Of a DNA stretch of 35,879 bases, positions 23,034 to 32,602 are shown piece by piece; position 1 is the first letter of the stretch, and the number at the start of each line of letters is the position of its first letter. Location: positions 1 through 35,879 of IMG/VR virus record IMGVR_UViG_3300020426_000002. The stretch is one strand, 5' to 3'. The DNA is from a virus. Made by a program: the position numbers and the translations under genes. The notes beneath the pieces were generated by a model that did not search any database, was not told the DNA's origin, and was given only the letters and a program-made list of their open reading frames with translations.

Positions 23034-25568
23034 ATGCAGAACGCGCAACGCCAGATGAAAAAAGTTGGCAAGCAAATGCAGAGTGTAGGCAAGAAGTTAA
23101 CCAAGGGCTTAACTTTGCCTATCCTTGGTATTGGTGTTGCTGCTACAAAAACTTTTGCAGATTTCGAGCAGGAATTAGCTAAAGTTCGTGCGGTTTCTGG
23201 TGCTAGTGCTTCAGAGTTTAAAGCGCTTCGTAATAATGCCGAGGATCTTGGGGCTTCCACAAGATATGCCGCTACAGAGGTAGCGGGTCTGCAATTAAAT
23301 TTATCAAAACTAGGATTCAACCCAGGTGAAATTATATCGGCTACCGGGGGGATTCTTAATTTGGCATTGGCTACAGGGGAGGATTTGGCGCAGTCTGCGA
23401 CTGTTGCTGCTTCTACCCTTAGGGGTTTCCAGTTAGAAGCTACGCAAACCGAGCGTCTGGTAGATGTGATGGCGGATTCTTTTTCTAGCTCGGCATTAGA
23501 TTTGGCTAAATTTGAAACCGCCATGGCAATTGTTGCTCCGGTAGCTAATACCGCGAAGCAAAGCGTAGAGAGTACTACGGGAATGTTAGCGGTTTTGGTA
23601 AATGCGGGTATCGATGCTAGTACAGCGGGAACAGGACTACGAAATATTTTTCTTGATATAGCTGAATCTGGAATGAGTTTAGATGATGCGCTTAATGAGA
23701 TTTTAAACTCTTCGAATAAAAACGCTACCGCAATGAAGCTCTTTGGTAAGAGAGGAGCTACGGTGGCGACTGTTTTGGCAGAGAATGTAGATCAAGCCAA
23801 GTCCTTTGCGGTACAGTTTGAAAATTCTGCAGGGGCAGCGAAACGCATGGCGGGGATTATGGATAATACCCTTAATGGCTCGCTGTTAAAGCTAAAATCT
23901 GCAATGGAGAGCGCGGGTATAGCAATAGGTGAGATTTTAGCGCCATATATTGCGAAGCTTGCTGAAAATGCTAGTGCTTTAATCTCTCGATTTAAAGATC
24001 TGGATGCGGGGACTCAAAAAATGATTATTGTGATTAGTGGTTTGGTGGCTGCTGTAGGACCACTTTTAACTGCTCTGGGATATTTAATGACAAACATTAT
24101 ACCGGGGCTAATTCCGTTGTTTGCAAAATTAAATGCGGTTGTATTAGCGAATCCATGGACGGCAGCTGCGGTGGCCATAGGTATTGTTGTTGCGGCATTA
24201 ATTAATTTAAATAAATCGGCTAAAGAAACTGTTAAGTATCAAACTCAGCTTCAGGAGGTAACCGCTAAAGCAAAGAAAGCTGTAGCCGAAGAACGAGAAG
24301 AAGTTGAGAAGCTATTTTACATTGCTAGGGATGAAAATGTAAGTAAAGCGCAGCGCATAAAAGCTATTAAAGAATTAAATAAAATCTCTCCAAAATATCT
24401 TGGTAATCTCAATTTAGAAAAAATAAAGACCGATGAAGCTCGGGATGCGATAGATAAGTATAATGAAAGCTTATTAAAAACAGCTAAAGCGAAAGCGGCG
24501 CAAGAAAAATTACAAGAAATTCAGGCTAAAATTATTGATAAAGAGCTAGAATTATCAAGTCGCCGTAAAGCTATAGCTGAGCAAGAAGAAGCCTTGCGTA
24601 AAGGTGCCGCTGATAATGCATATCAGGCCGCAGTAATGGAGAAGCAGTTAGCGAATTCTAAAGCGGTTTTAGCTGTTGAAACAAAGAATGCAACTAAAGC
24701 TTTGCGAGAGCAGGAACAGGCATTACTGGCTATTATTCAAGCAAATGGTGGCTTAACTACAGGAGGGTCAGGTGGTGGAGTTACAGGTGATTTTACAGGC
24801 GGTATATCTAATAAGGAAGCAGAATTAAAAGCGTTAAATGCTGAGCTTCGTGAAGCTCAAAACATGGGTAAAGAACTTCAAAAAGTTTTTGCAGATACTG
24901 GCGCAAATGTAGATATCGCAAAACAAAATGCAGTATTAGAAAGTTTTAATAATACGCTTAACGATAATTATAATAAATGGTTAGAGATTGATGATAATCT
25001 AGATCCTGCAATTGAAAGTATGGCGCAAAAAATGGAACGAATTAAAGAAGTTTCCAAAGCTGTGGGGCAGGAGGTTCAAAGCGCTTTTAATAGCCTGGCA
25101 AATGGTGTTGTAGATAGTTTAGGATTAGCAAACGATGGTTTTCAGGGATTTGTAAAAGGTTTGGTAGGTACTATAGCAAAACTAATTTCTATGATGCTTG
25201 CGCAATCTATATCACAGGCCATTGCTGGGGCAACATCTTCAGGTTTAGCAACTGGTCCCGCTGCGGTGTTTACTACGCCTGGATTTATCGCAACTGCGGT
25301 AGGTGGAGTATTATCTGCATTTGCGGCTATACCAAAATTTGCAAATGGTGGTTTGGTAAGTGGTCCAACGCTTGGTTTAATGGGGGAATATTCAGGAGCT
25401 AGAAGTAATCCAGAGGTGATTGCTCCATTAGATAAGTTAAAAGGAATGATCTCTGATTCTGTAGGTGCTGGAAATGCAGGTGGTCGATTAACTGCTATGG
25501 TAAGAGGTAGAGATTTATTATTTGTTTTAGATAGGCAAAAGCAATATAACGGTAGGATAGGTAGCTAA
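23034..25568 (+). CDS. Tail tape measure protein
   Basis: 844 aa, Ala/Gly-rich and helical, with hydrophobic central segments and a coiled-coil region. Positioned after G/GT. The start is uncertain, because the in-frame sequence from 22971 also reads like a tape measure N-terminus. Confidence 0.85.
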   Translation: MQNAQRQMKKVGKQMQSVGKKLTKGLTLPILGIGVAATKTFADFEQELAKVRAVSGASASEFKALRNNAEDLGASTRYAATEVAGLQLNLSKLGFNPGEIISATGGILNLALATGEDLAQSATVAASTLRGFQLEATQTERLVDVMADSFSSSALDLAKFETAMAIVAPVANTAKQSVESTTGMLAVLVNAGIDASTAGTGLRNIFLDIAESGMSLDDALNEILNSSNKNATAMKLFGKRGATVATVLAENVDQAKSFAVQFENSAGAAKRMAGIMDNTLNGSLLKLKSAMESAGIAIGEILAPYIAKLAENASALISRFKDLDAGTQKMIIVISGLVAAVGPLLTALGYLMTNIIPGLIPLFAKLNAVVLANPWTAAAVAIGIVVAALINLNKSAKETVKYQTQLQEVTAKAKKAVAEEREEVEKLFYIARDENVSKAQRIKAIKELNKISPKYLGNLNLEKIKTDEARDAIDKYNESLLKTAKAKAAQEKLQEIQAKIIDKELELSSRRKAIAEQEEALRKGAADNAYQAAVMEKQLANSKAVLAVETKNATKALREQEQALLAIIQANGGLTTGGSGGGVTGDFTGGISNKEAELKALNAELREAQNMGKELQKVFADTGANVDIAKQNAVLESFNNTLNDNYNKWLEIDDNLDPAIESMAQKMERIKEVSKAVGQEVQSAFNSLANGVVDSLGLANDGFQGFVKGLVGTIAKLISMMLAQSISQAIAGATSSGLATGPAAVFTTPGFIATAVGGVLSAFAAIPKFANGGLVSGPTLGLMGEYSGARSNPEVIAPLDKLKGMISDSVGAGNAGGRLTAMVRGRDLLFVLDRQKQYNGRIGS

Positions 25569-28360
25569 TGGATTACAGGGTAGAAATAGAAGATATGCAA
25601 AACCTGGGCGATCCTTTAATCGTTCATTATGCTTCTCGTGATGCTATTAGTCATAGCTGGCTGGGCGGGGATGATAAAACAAAACCTATTGTTCCGTGCG
25701 AATTTGCTTTTGATTTAGAAGTTAGTGATGGGGCAGATGCTAAGTACATCGACTATTTCACCGAAGATGAAAAGCGGTGGCGGGTTACGGAGTATCTAAA
25801 TGATACAAACGAAATTATTTATCGTGGATTCTTATTACCTGAGACTTACGAAGAGCCTTATGAAAATCCTTTGTTTTATGTGAAATTCCAAGCGGTAGAC
25901 GGTTTAGGGTTGCTTAAAGGTAAAAAATTACCAGATAGTTATTACAAAGATTTTAAATCTCCAATACAGATTATTTGCGCGTGTTTAAAGCTTACTAATA
26001 TTGATTTTGATGTGTATTTCTCACCGGCCATTGAAAACTCGGTAGTTCCAGACTGGAACAAGATATGGCACGATACCCGTCCATATTTTGAGCAGGATGA
26101 AGACGAGCTTCCGTCTGCTTTTGAATTCTTAGAAGGCTTGGTAAAATCAATGCAGTGCCAGTTGTTTCAATGTGAAGGACGCTGGTATGTAGAAGGGATC
26201 AATAAGCGGCAGATTAAAAACGTAAATTTTGCAGTATATAGTATAAACGGAAATTTCAAAGGGAATCAAGAGGTTGAAAAAAACATTAAGGATCTTACTT
26301 TTTTCTATGGTGACGGAGTGGTAAGTATGGTTCCGGCACTTGGGGAGGTTTCGGTGTATTCAGAAATCGGTCAATTAGGTTTTTCAGAAGATCATTATCA
26401 GTATACAGATATTAATTGGATTGTTCAAAACGGAGTCGATGCGAATGTGATTCCAGAGAAATGGTTATTTGCTAATGGCTATAAGCCTATAATGCGAAAA
26501 CCTAATTACTATTTAAAATTGCCTGCTTCTAATCAGGAAGAACTGAATCTAAATCAATGGATTCGTTTAAGAGAGAAGCCTTTTGTTTTTAAGGGAACTG
26601 GTGTAAAATTCACAGCTGAATTTCAATTTGTAGGTGATTTTCCTGAAAGTTTGTTGTTAGATCCCTATAGTATAGAGGATGCTTTTGATGATGGAAAATT
26701 TGAGAATTGTTTAATTTACCAGATTTTAATAGATAGTCAGATAATTTACAGTAATGCGCCTTCAGAAAATACCGGAGATTTAATTAATCTTGATCAGAGC
26801 GGTAAAGGTGAGTTGAATTTGGAATTTATAGTTCCTGAAGATGGTTATCTGGATCTAAAGTTTTTTGCGCCTGTAGGCGATTTTTCAGCAATAGAAAATC
26901 CTGGAATAGAGGTTCGGAAAATAACTATTGAAGAAGTTGCTGGTAGAGAAAGTGATAAGGTGGTCATTGCTATTAATGAAAAAAGCACTAAAAAATTACC
27001 GATAGAACTTCCTGTAAGTACGGATAATTCTATGAAAACAAAATGTTTTTCACTGGATGATCTTCGGAAGATAGGAAATGAAACGATTGCAGAAGTAGAG
27101 ATTCCTATTCTTTATGGTTTTAGGCAAAATGAAAAAAGTTATAGTGCTGTTAGTTTAGAAGGGGCAAAGTTAATAGAAGCTTATGGCGATTCATTATTCT
27201 GGAAAAATTACTTCTTAACTATTCCTAATCCTGTGGTTCATTATAATTTTAACAAAGGTGAAGAATTTGTTGTGGAGACACCTTCTAACACTCCTTATGT
27301 TAGTGATAGTTTTTATGTCTCTATAAAACCGTTTGCTACACCTGAACATAATCGAGAAGATTATTTTAAATGGACGGAAAGTATTTATAAAACCGATTCG
27401 AAACCTTATAATCAGGTGGTTGCAGAGTTATATGAGAAACTGTACGCGAAGCCTCATATAAAAGTGTTAGGCTCTACCGGTGTGCCTATAAAGTTCAATG
27501 ATATTCTAAGGTTTTATTATAAAAATAAAAATTATTATCTGGTGCCTACAGATGTAAATAGAATGCCAGATGCAGGCATTGTTTCTAGTATAATTGCAGA
27601 AGAAGCATTTTTTAAAGGTTCTTTGAATACAACGCCGCCTTTAGTTGATGCAGGCCCAGATTTATATATAAAAAGTTCTGAAACTACCGCCCAGATCACA
27701 GAAGCTATAGTGCAGGCTGCCTATGGTGAGATAAGAGAAATACTTTGGGAGCAAATAGAAGGTCTTTCTAATTCTGATATTGTAAACCCTGATATTATTC
27801 ATCCGGAAATAACCAATATTACAACAGGTGAAAATAAGTTTAAGTTAACAGCTACTGATAGTTTTGGAAATTCGGCTAGTGACACCATGAGTATTTTTAA
27901 AATCATAGAATTCAATTTGTATTATGATTCTGTGATATTTGATAACTCCCAAAATTTAAGACTTCAAAAAGTTTTTACCGCATATGTGAATCCTGGTATA
28001 CCAGAAAACGAGCAAGTTGTTTTTAATTATACAGCTTTTATCGATTTAAATGCATCTGGCAGAGATCAGGCACCAGGTGAGATTGTTCTGAAAAAGAATG
28101 GAAGTGTAATTTTTACATTAGACGGCCGGGTGATTGGTGTTCCTATAGAGGATAATAACACCGTTCAAAAATCTGGTGTTATAAGTGTACGGAGTTCAGA
28201 TATTGTACAAATTCAATTTTATAGTGCGTATACACCTAGGGCAGAAGCAGATCCATATGAAGCCGATCAGTATATCACTTTTACGGATGCTGGTTTTCAA
28301 ATAAATAAAACGAATCAAATAGGGAATTTACCAGTTAAAATACATGTGACAGATGAGTAA
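25568..28360 (+). CDS. Large tail tip / baseplate protein (distal tail protein plus hub-like) with a C-terminal PKD/Ig-like domain
   Basis: 930 aa immediately after the tape measure (TAATG overlap). VDAGPDLYIKSSETT...FKLTATDSFGNSASDTMSI looks like a PKD-type Ig domain. Confidence 0.55.
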   Translation: MDYRVEIEDMQNLGDPLIVHYASRDAISHSWLGGDDKTKPIVPCEFAFDLEVSDGADAKYIDYFTEDEKRWRVTEYLNDTNEIIYRGFLLPETYEEPYENPLFYVKFQAVDGLGLLKGKKLPDSYYKDFKSPIQIICACLKLTNIDFDVYFSPAIENSVVPDWNKIWHDTRPYFEQDEDELPSAFEFLEGLVKSMQCQLFQCEGRWYVEGINKRQIKNVNFAVYSINGNFKGNQEVEKNIKDLTFFYGDGVVSMVPALGEVSVYSEIGQLGFSEDHYQYTDINWIVQNGVDANVIPEKWLFANGYKPIMRKPNYYLKLPASNQEELNLNQWIRLREKPFVFKGTGVKFTAEFQFVGDFPESLLLDPYSIEDAFDDGKFENCLIYQILIDSQIIYSNAPSENTGDLINLDQSGKGELNLEFIVPEDGYLDLKFFAPVGDFSAIENPGIEVRKITIEEVAGRESDKVVIAINEKSTKKLPIELPVSTDNSMKTKCFSLDDLRKIGNETIAEVEIPILYGFRQNEKSYSAVSLEGAKLIEAYGDSLFWKNYFLTIPNPVVHYNFNKGEEFVVETPSNTPYVSDSFYVSIKPFATPEHNREDYFKWTESIYKTDSKPYNQVVAELYEKLYAKPHIKVLGSTGVPIKFNDILRFYYKNKNYYLVPTDVNRMPDAGIVSSIIAEEAFFKGSLNTTPPLVDAGPDLYIKSSETTAQITEAIVQAAYGEIREILWEQIEGLSNSDIVNPDIIHPEITNITTGENKFKLTATDSFGNSASDTMSIFKIIEFNLYYDSVIFDNSQNLRLQKVFTAYVNPGIPENEQVVFNYTAFIDLNASGRDQAPGEIVLKKNGSVIFTLDGRVIGVPIEDNNTVQKSGVISVRSSDIVQIQFYSAYTPRAEADPYEADQYITFTDAGFQINKTNQIGNLPVKIHVTDE

Positions 28361-28526
28361 TAATAAAGTAATTCACTATGGTGATCGATATAACAAAAGT
28401 ATCAATGAGGATATATTAAAAGATCAGGTTACAGAACCCAATCCAGATCCGGAAGTGCCATTCACTTTTGATAGTTTGGATTTAACATTTGATAGTATGG
28501 AACGAACATTTGACGAGATATTATAA
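28353..28526 (+). CDS. 57-aa acidic protein with (T)FD repeats, not in the ORF track
   Basis: Translation is MSNNKVIHYGDRYNKSINEDILKDQVTEPNPDPEVPFTFDSLDLTFDSMERTFDEIL. It is overlap-coupled at both ends, with ATGAGTAA at 28353 and TAATG at 28524-28528. Confidence 0.5.
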   Translation: MSNNKVIHYGDRYNKSINEDILKDQVTEPNPDPEVPFTFDSLDLTFDSMERTFDEIL

Positions 28527-30358
28527 TGGGATATTTAGGAAGTATTTTAAAGAAAATTTTCCGAGGAACCGTACCGGGCGATAAAAGTGGTACACCGGCA
28601 AGAACCGCAGGGGAGTACATCAATGACAATTTTGATGCTGTAGATAATGCATTGCAGGAAATTAATACCAATGCAGAGCAAAAGTCTAATAAAGTAAATA
28701 ACTTTTCCTCTCCTAGCAGTTTGCATTATCCTACAACTCAGGCGGTAGATATTTTCACAAAAACTTTAATCGAAAGCAAAACCGATAAAGGCGGATATAC
28801 TGGAACTTCTCAGGATTTAAAAAACTTCGTAGATGGTTTACAAATTGCTTCTAATCAAACTTTACAAGAGCTATACTTAAAAGATACTGAAGGAAACACA
28901 CTTTCAACAATTTCGGTTGCCTTTTTAAACAATGAAGGCACCACCTTTTTCTACAATGAGACAACCGAAAAGTTAGAGCTTAGAAATGATCAAGGTGAAG
29001 TTTTAAGCGAGGTTCCGGTTAGTGCTTTTGTGGCGAATCTTGCGAATTCAATTGGTTTAACTGGTTCGACTTTAAGTTTGAAAGATACTGAAGGCAATGA
29101 TTTGGCTACGGTTACTTTCACTATCAATAATATTCAGGGCTTACAGCAGGCATTAAGCGACCTCCAACAAACAGACGTAGACCAACTTCTACGCATCGAA
29201 GACAACGAGGATAACATCGACAACCATGAGTTAAGGATATCGTATTTGGAAAACGAAAGCGGAGGAGACTTTAATAATGATAAAGGTGATTTCAATGGCA
29301 AATTAGATGTTTCCGGTGGTAACAATTTTTACAATGATTATTCAGGAAATGCATTAGATATATCTATCTCTAATAACAAAAGTTTAGGAAGTACGGCAAC
29401 CGTTAGAATTCAAGGTGGTAAAATTAATTCAATACCTCAATTTTGGAATTTTTCAGGTGAGCCTATTACGGATAATAATAATGAACTCAACGAGATTACG
29501 ATTATGTATGTTCGTGAAAATGATATAAGGATTATTAATAGGATTGTTAGCATACCAGATAATGAGTCACCGACTGCACCTACTAATATAACAGCAAGTA
29601 GTATAACGGCTTCATCATTTATTCTTGCATGGGATGAATCAACAGACAATTTAGGTATTGAAAAATACGAGGTATATATTGATCAAATTTTAAATATTGA
29701 ATCATTTACTAATTCAGCTCAGATTAATGGTTTAGACCCTGAAACTATTTATGAAGTATATGTTAGAGCAATTGATGTTTCAGGTAATTACACAGATAGT
29801 GTTTCAGTTAATATTGAAACCAATCAAGCTGATCCAGTTGATGTTCCATTCACATGGGTTGGTTTGGTCAATGCGTTTGACTTAGGTGACGGGACAATTC
29901 AATTCGATCTAGCTAATGGATTTGTCGGTAATCGTAATGGTGGTATAAGTGATAAATTAATAAACGGTGATGTTATTATTGACTTTTCACCACTAAAAAA
30001 CGCAGGTGTACAAATTTTCGGAATAGCAGCAAATGATTTCACAATAGTTAACGACTCAAATACAAATCTAGCAAATGTGGAGTTAGCTTTTGTTTCAAAG
30101 CCTGATGGGACTTTTCAAATTTTAGAAAATGGATCAAGTATTATCAATAACCAATCAGGGTTTGATTCGGCTGCAAAATGCCAATTAATAATCTCAGGAA
30201 ATTCAATGTCTTTTGCTTTAGATTCTGCTATTGTTTATACATCGCAAAAGTTACCCGATTTTCCAATGTCAATAGTTCAATTATTCAGTTCATCGCAAGG
30301 CGCAGGCGAAACGCAAGCTTTTTATAGAACAATAACTAACTTAATAGATAGACCGTAA
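28526..30358 (+). CDS. Tail fibre / receptor-binding protein with internal 67-aa repeat, FN3 domain and C-terminal beta-sandwich-like domain
   Basis: The N-terminus PGDKSGTPARTAGEYINDNFDAV resembles conserved fibre N-termini. LKDTEGN... repeats start at 28880 and 29081. The FN3-like segment is PTAPTNITASSITASSFILAWDESTDNLGIEKYEVY...YEVYVRAIDVSGN. Confidence 0.7.
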   Translation: MGYLGSILKKIFRGTVPGDKSGTPARTAGEYINDNFDAVDNALQEINTNAEQKSNKVNNFSSPSSLHYPTTQAVDIFTKTLIESKTDKGGYTGTSQDLKNFVDGLQIASNQTLQELYLKDTEGNTLSTISVAFLNNEGTTFFYNETTEKLELRNDQGEVLSEVPVSAFVANLANSIGLTGSTLSLKDTEGNDLATVTFTINNIQGLQQALSDLQQTDVDQLLRIEDNEDNIDNHELRISYLENESGGDFNNDKGDFNGKLDVSGGNNFYNDYSGNALDISISNNKSLGSTATVRIQGGKINSIPQFWNFSGEPITDNNNELNEITIMYVRENDIRIINRIVSIPDNESPTAPTNITASSITASSFILAWDESTDNLGIEKYEVYIDQILNIESFTNSAQINGLDPETIYEVYVRAIDVSGNYTDSVSVNIETNQADPVDVPFTWVGLVNAFDLGDGTIQFDLANGFVGNRNGGISDKLINGDVIIDFSPLKNAGVQIFGIAANDFTIVNDSNTNLANVELAFVSKPDGTFQILENGSSIINNQSGFDSAAKCQLIISGNSMSFALDSAIVYTSQKLPDFPMSIVQLFSSSQGAGETQAFYRTITNLIDRP

Positions 30359-31326
30359 TGAATCCATTTCATATTGCTTTATTAAATTATAACAGCATAT
30401 CTAAAGATATTCAAGATTATCAACTTAGAATTGAATTAGGGGTTAATACTGTTATTACGGATGGCATATTGTTTTTCAACGCTTATGAAAGTTCAGATTA
30501 TCCTGAGGTTGTTTGCAATAAAAAGTATTTTTTTATCTATTCAACCGATCATGCTGTCGGTTCGGGTGGTATATATTGGGGGAAAGGGAATGAATTAGAC
30601 TTGTCAGATTTTCAAGAAATTGCATTAATAACTTCTGGCTATCAATCAGAAACTCCGGTTCTCCTGCGTATTCCTTCCGAAGAGTTACCCGACAATGAAG
30701 TTTTACATCTATTCTACCATACAGTGGGTAATGAACCAGGAAACGATGGAAAACAACAAACACGTTTGATTACTTCTGAAGGTGGTAGCGAACTTCATAC
30801 GATGAACTGGACTGATCGTGGACGTCCATTAGGAATTTTATCCGGTGAAAATCATACAGGTTATTTTAGACCAAAAAGGATTGCACCCTATAATTATAGG
30901 GGAACCCATATAACAAAAGGCGGTTTGCCGCAACCTTGGTATTTCTCAACTTCTACGGATGGCAGAGTTTGGACGAGAGGGGACGAATATGATGCCCGTA
31001 GTTTTGTTCCTGAAGTTGGGGACTGGATAAAACCAAGTTACGGCGACTTCTTTGATTATTTAGGAAGAAAATGGTGGATCGGAACATTAGAGAAAGCTCA
31101 ATCTTCTGAAAACACAAACGGAGTACAAAAGCAATTGGTATTGTGTAAGTCGAATAATAATTTCCAGGTAACAGAAATAGTTCAAATTCTTAATAACGGT
31201 AATTACACTAGAAATCATGGAGTTAAAATTGATGGAGATTTGGCTTATATATATACAGAAAATCCAAGCCCTTCAAATATTTATAGTTCAAAATATGACC
31301 TGAGAAACTTAAAAAAGCATTTATAA
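30358..31326 (+). CDS. Tail-associated protein, possible beta-propeller / glycan-degrading or glycan-binding protein
   Basis: 322 aa, TAATG-coupled to the fibre gene. Contains an Asp-box-like STDGRVWT and repeated G/W/Y-rich beta motifs. The functional call is weak. Confidence 0.4.
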   Translation: MNPFHIALLNYNSISKDIQDYQLRIELGVNTVITDGILFFNAYESSDYPEVVCNKKYFFIYSTDHAVGSGGIYWGKGNELDLSDFQEIALITSGYQSETPVLLRIPSEELPDNEVLHLFYHTVGNEPGNDGKQQTRLITSEGGSELHTMNWTDRGRPLGILSGENHTGYFRPKRIAPYNYRGTHITKGGLPQPWYFSTSTDGRVWTRGDEYDARSFVPEVGDWIKPSYGDFFDYLGRKWWIGTLEKAQSSENTNGVQKQLVLCKSNNNFQVTEIVQILNNGNYTRNHGVKIDGDLAYIYTENPSPSNIYSSKYDLRNLKKHL

Positions 31327-31345
31327 TCATCAATCAAATATCATC

Positions 31346-31798
31346 ATGAAAAACATCATCAATCAAATTTTCAATCGAAAAGTTTTTAGGCAAATAGGGG
31401 ATGCAGTAATCTTTATCGATCTACTTTTTGCTTCTTTTCTACTTGCAATTGCAATAGCGGGAATAGGCTTATTTAATGCAGTAAATTATGGGTTTCAATA
31501 CTCTTTTTTCGAGTTTCTTTTCTTCATTCCTTTTATAGTCTTAGTGGCTCTATTTATCTCGAAATGGCACACTCCAAAATCAAATTGGGAAGATCTGGAT
31601 AGATGGTCAAAGCTAAATTATTTGAAAGGTTTGAAATCAATAAACGATACTCAACTTCGAATAATGGAAGAGCTATCAGAGGAGTTCATATTTGAGTATG
31701 GATTATCCATAGAACAGGTTAAAATGAAGTGGTATAATAGATTTCAGCCTTTTGTTCTATTAATTGGGGTGCTGATTCTATATTTTATTTTCACATGA
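31346..31798 (+). CDS. Membrane protein (about 3 TM helices) with a cytoplasmic helical insert
   Basis: VIFIDLLFASFLLAIAIAGIGLF, FEFLFFIPFIVLVALFI, FVLLIGVLILYFIF. Confidence 0.6.
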   Translation: MKNIINQIFNRKVFRQIGDAVIFIDLLFASFLLAIAIAGIGLFNAVNYGFQYSFFEFLFFIPFIVLVALFISKWHTPKSNWEDLDRWSKLNYLKGLKSINDTQLRIMEELSEEFIFEYGLSIEQVKMKWYNRFQPFVLLIGVLILYFIFT

Positions 31799-32184
31799 TC
31801 ATTCAATGGAAATGGCTTTTCGAAAAAGTCTTAACCAGGTTCGCTGGCATCATGCTATTTGGATTTTTGTTCGTGAAAGATCTTGAAGATAAAGAACTAA
31901 TTAATCATGAAAAAATACACGTGCGCCAGTTCCTAGAAATATCGCTGGTGGCTGGATTGGTTTTTGGTACCGTTGCCTGGTTTATATCTCTATGGTTTTT
32001 ACTTGGGATTCCGGTTGCATTTTATATCTGGTACGGAATCGAATTCTTAATACGGTTAATTAAGTATCGAGATCGGGAAAAATCGTATAAGAAAATAAGC
32101 TTTGAGCATGAAGCTTATGACAAAGAAGATGATTTTACTTACTTACAAAACCGCAGGTTTTGGCGGTTTTGGAAATATATATAA
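31795..32184 (+). CDS. Small membrane protein with an HExxH motif (putative minimal zinc metallopeptidase)
   Basis: HEKIH lies at residues about 38-42 and FEHEAY about 60 residues downstream (a possible third-ligand Glu). Two hydrophobic helices lie between them. ATGA overlap with the upstream gene. Confidence 0.5.
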   Translation: MIIQWKWLFEKVLTRFAGIMLFGFLFVKDLEDKELINHEKIHVRQFLEISLVAGLVFGTVAWFISLWFLLGIPVAFYIWYGIEFLIRLIKYRDREKSYKKISFEHEAYDKEDDFTYLQNRRFWRFWKYI

Positions 32185-32185
32185 T

Positions 32186-32578
32186 ATGGAATTCTGGAAA
32201 GACAACTGGCAGGCCGTAATCGGTACTCTAACGACAATCATTACAGGGTTAGCTGCGTGGTTTGGCGGTAGAAAAATAAAAAAGAGTAACGAGAAAACTG
32301 AAGAAGCTACTGCATTGAAAAATATGCAAGAGGTTTACGACACTCTTACAAAACAAATACAAAACGATTTTAACAATCTTAGGGAAGAAGTTAAGGATCT
32401 AAAGGCTGAAAATAGAGATCAACGAAAAGGTTTAATGGCTTTGCAAAAAGATAACTCTAAACTTCATCTTGAAGTATCTGGACTTATGCAGGAAAATAAT
32501 AAGCTTAAGATGCAAATAGCTGAACTTCGAAAAGAAAATCAGGAGTTGCGAGAAAGCAAAGCAAATAAGGTTATATAG
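32186..32578 (+). CDS. N-terminal TM plus long coiled-coil protein (holin/spanin-like lysis accessory)
   Basis: ATG at 32186, directly after the preceding stop. AVIGTLTTIITGLAAWFGG is followed by a heptad-rich segment LREEVKDLKAENRDQRKGLMALQKDNSKLHLEVSGLMQENNKLKMQIAELRKENQEL. Confidence 0.55.
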   Translation: MEFWKDNWQAVIGTLTTIITGLAAWFGGRKIKKSNEKTEEATALKNMQEVYDTLTKQIQNDFNNLREEVKDLKAENRDQRKGLMALQKDNSKLHLEVSGLMQENNKLKMQIAELRKENQELRESKANKVI

Positions 32579-32602
32579 TTCATCAATCAAAATCGAATAA
32601 TT

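Noticed and set aside
23018-23524. A 168-aa antisense ORF within the tape measure gene. Similar antisense or alternate-frame ORFs occur at 720-935, 2326-2550, 4731-4997, 4819-5001, 6332-6610, 7069-7389, 7628-7825, 8221-8451, 8809-9054, 10858-11058, 12903-13175, 16801-17037, 17800-18009, 21884-22114, 28462-28671, 29134-29325, 29437-29649, 30533-30763 and 34676-34885.
   Set aside because: All are embedded in or opposite to much longer ORFs that carry recognisable protein motifs. Their translations are low-complexity or compositionally odd, and none has its own plausible promoter context. They are treated as shadow ORFs.
28526-30358. I looked for a diversity-generating retroelement (a template/variable repeat pair plus reverse transcriptase) targeting the tail-fibre C-terminus.
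   Set aside because: No reverse transcriptase ORF is present anywhere in the window. I noticed no near-identical copy of the fibre 3' end. The only internal repeat is the in-frame 201-nt structural duplication.
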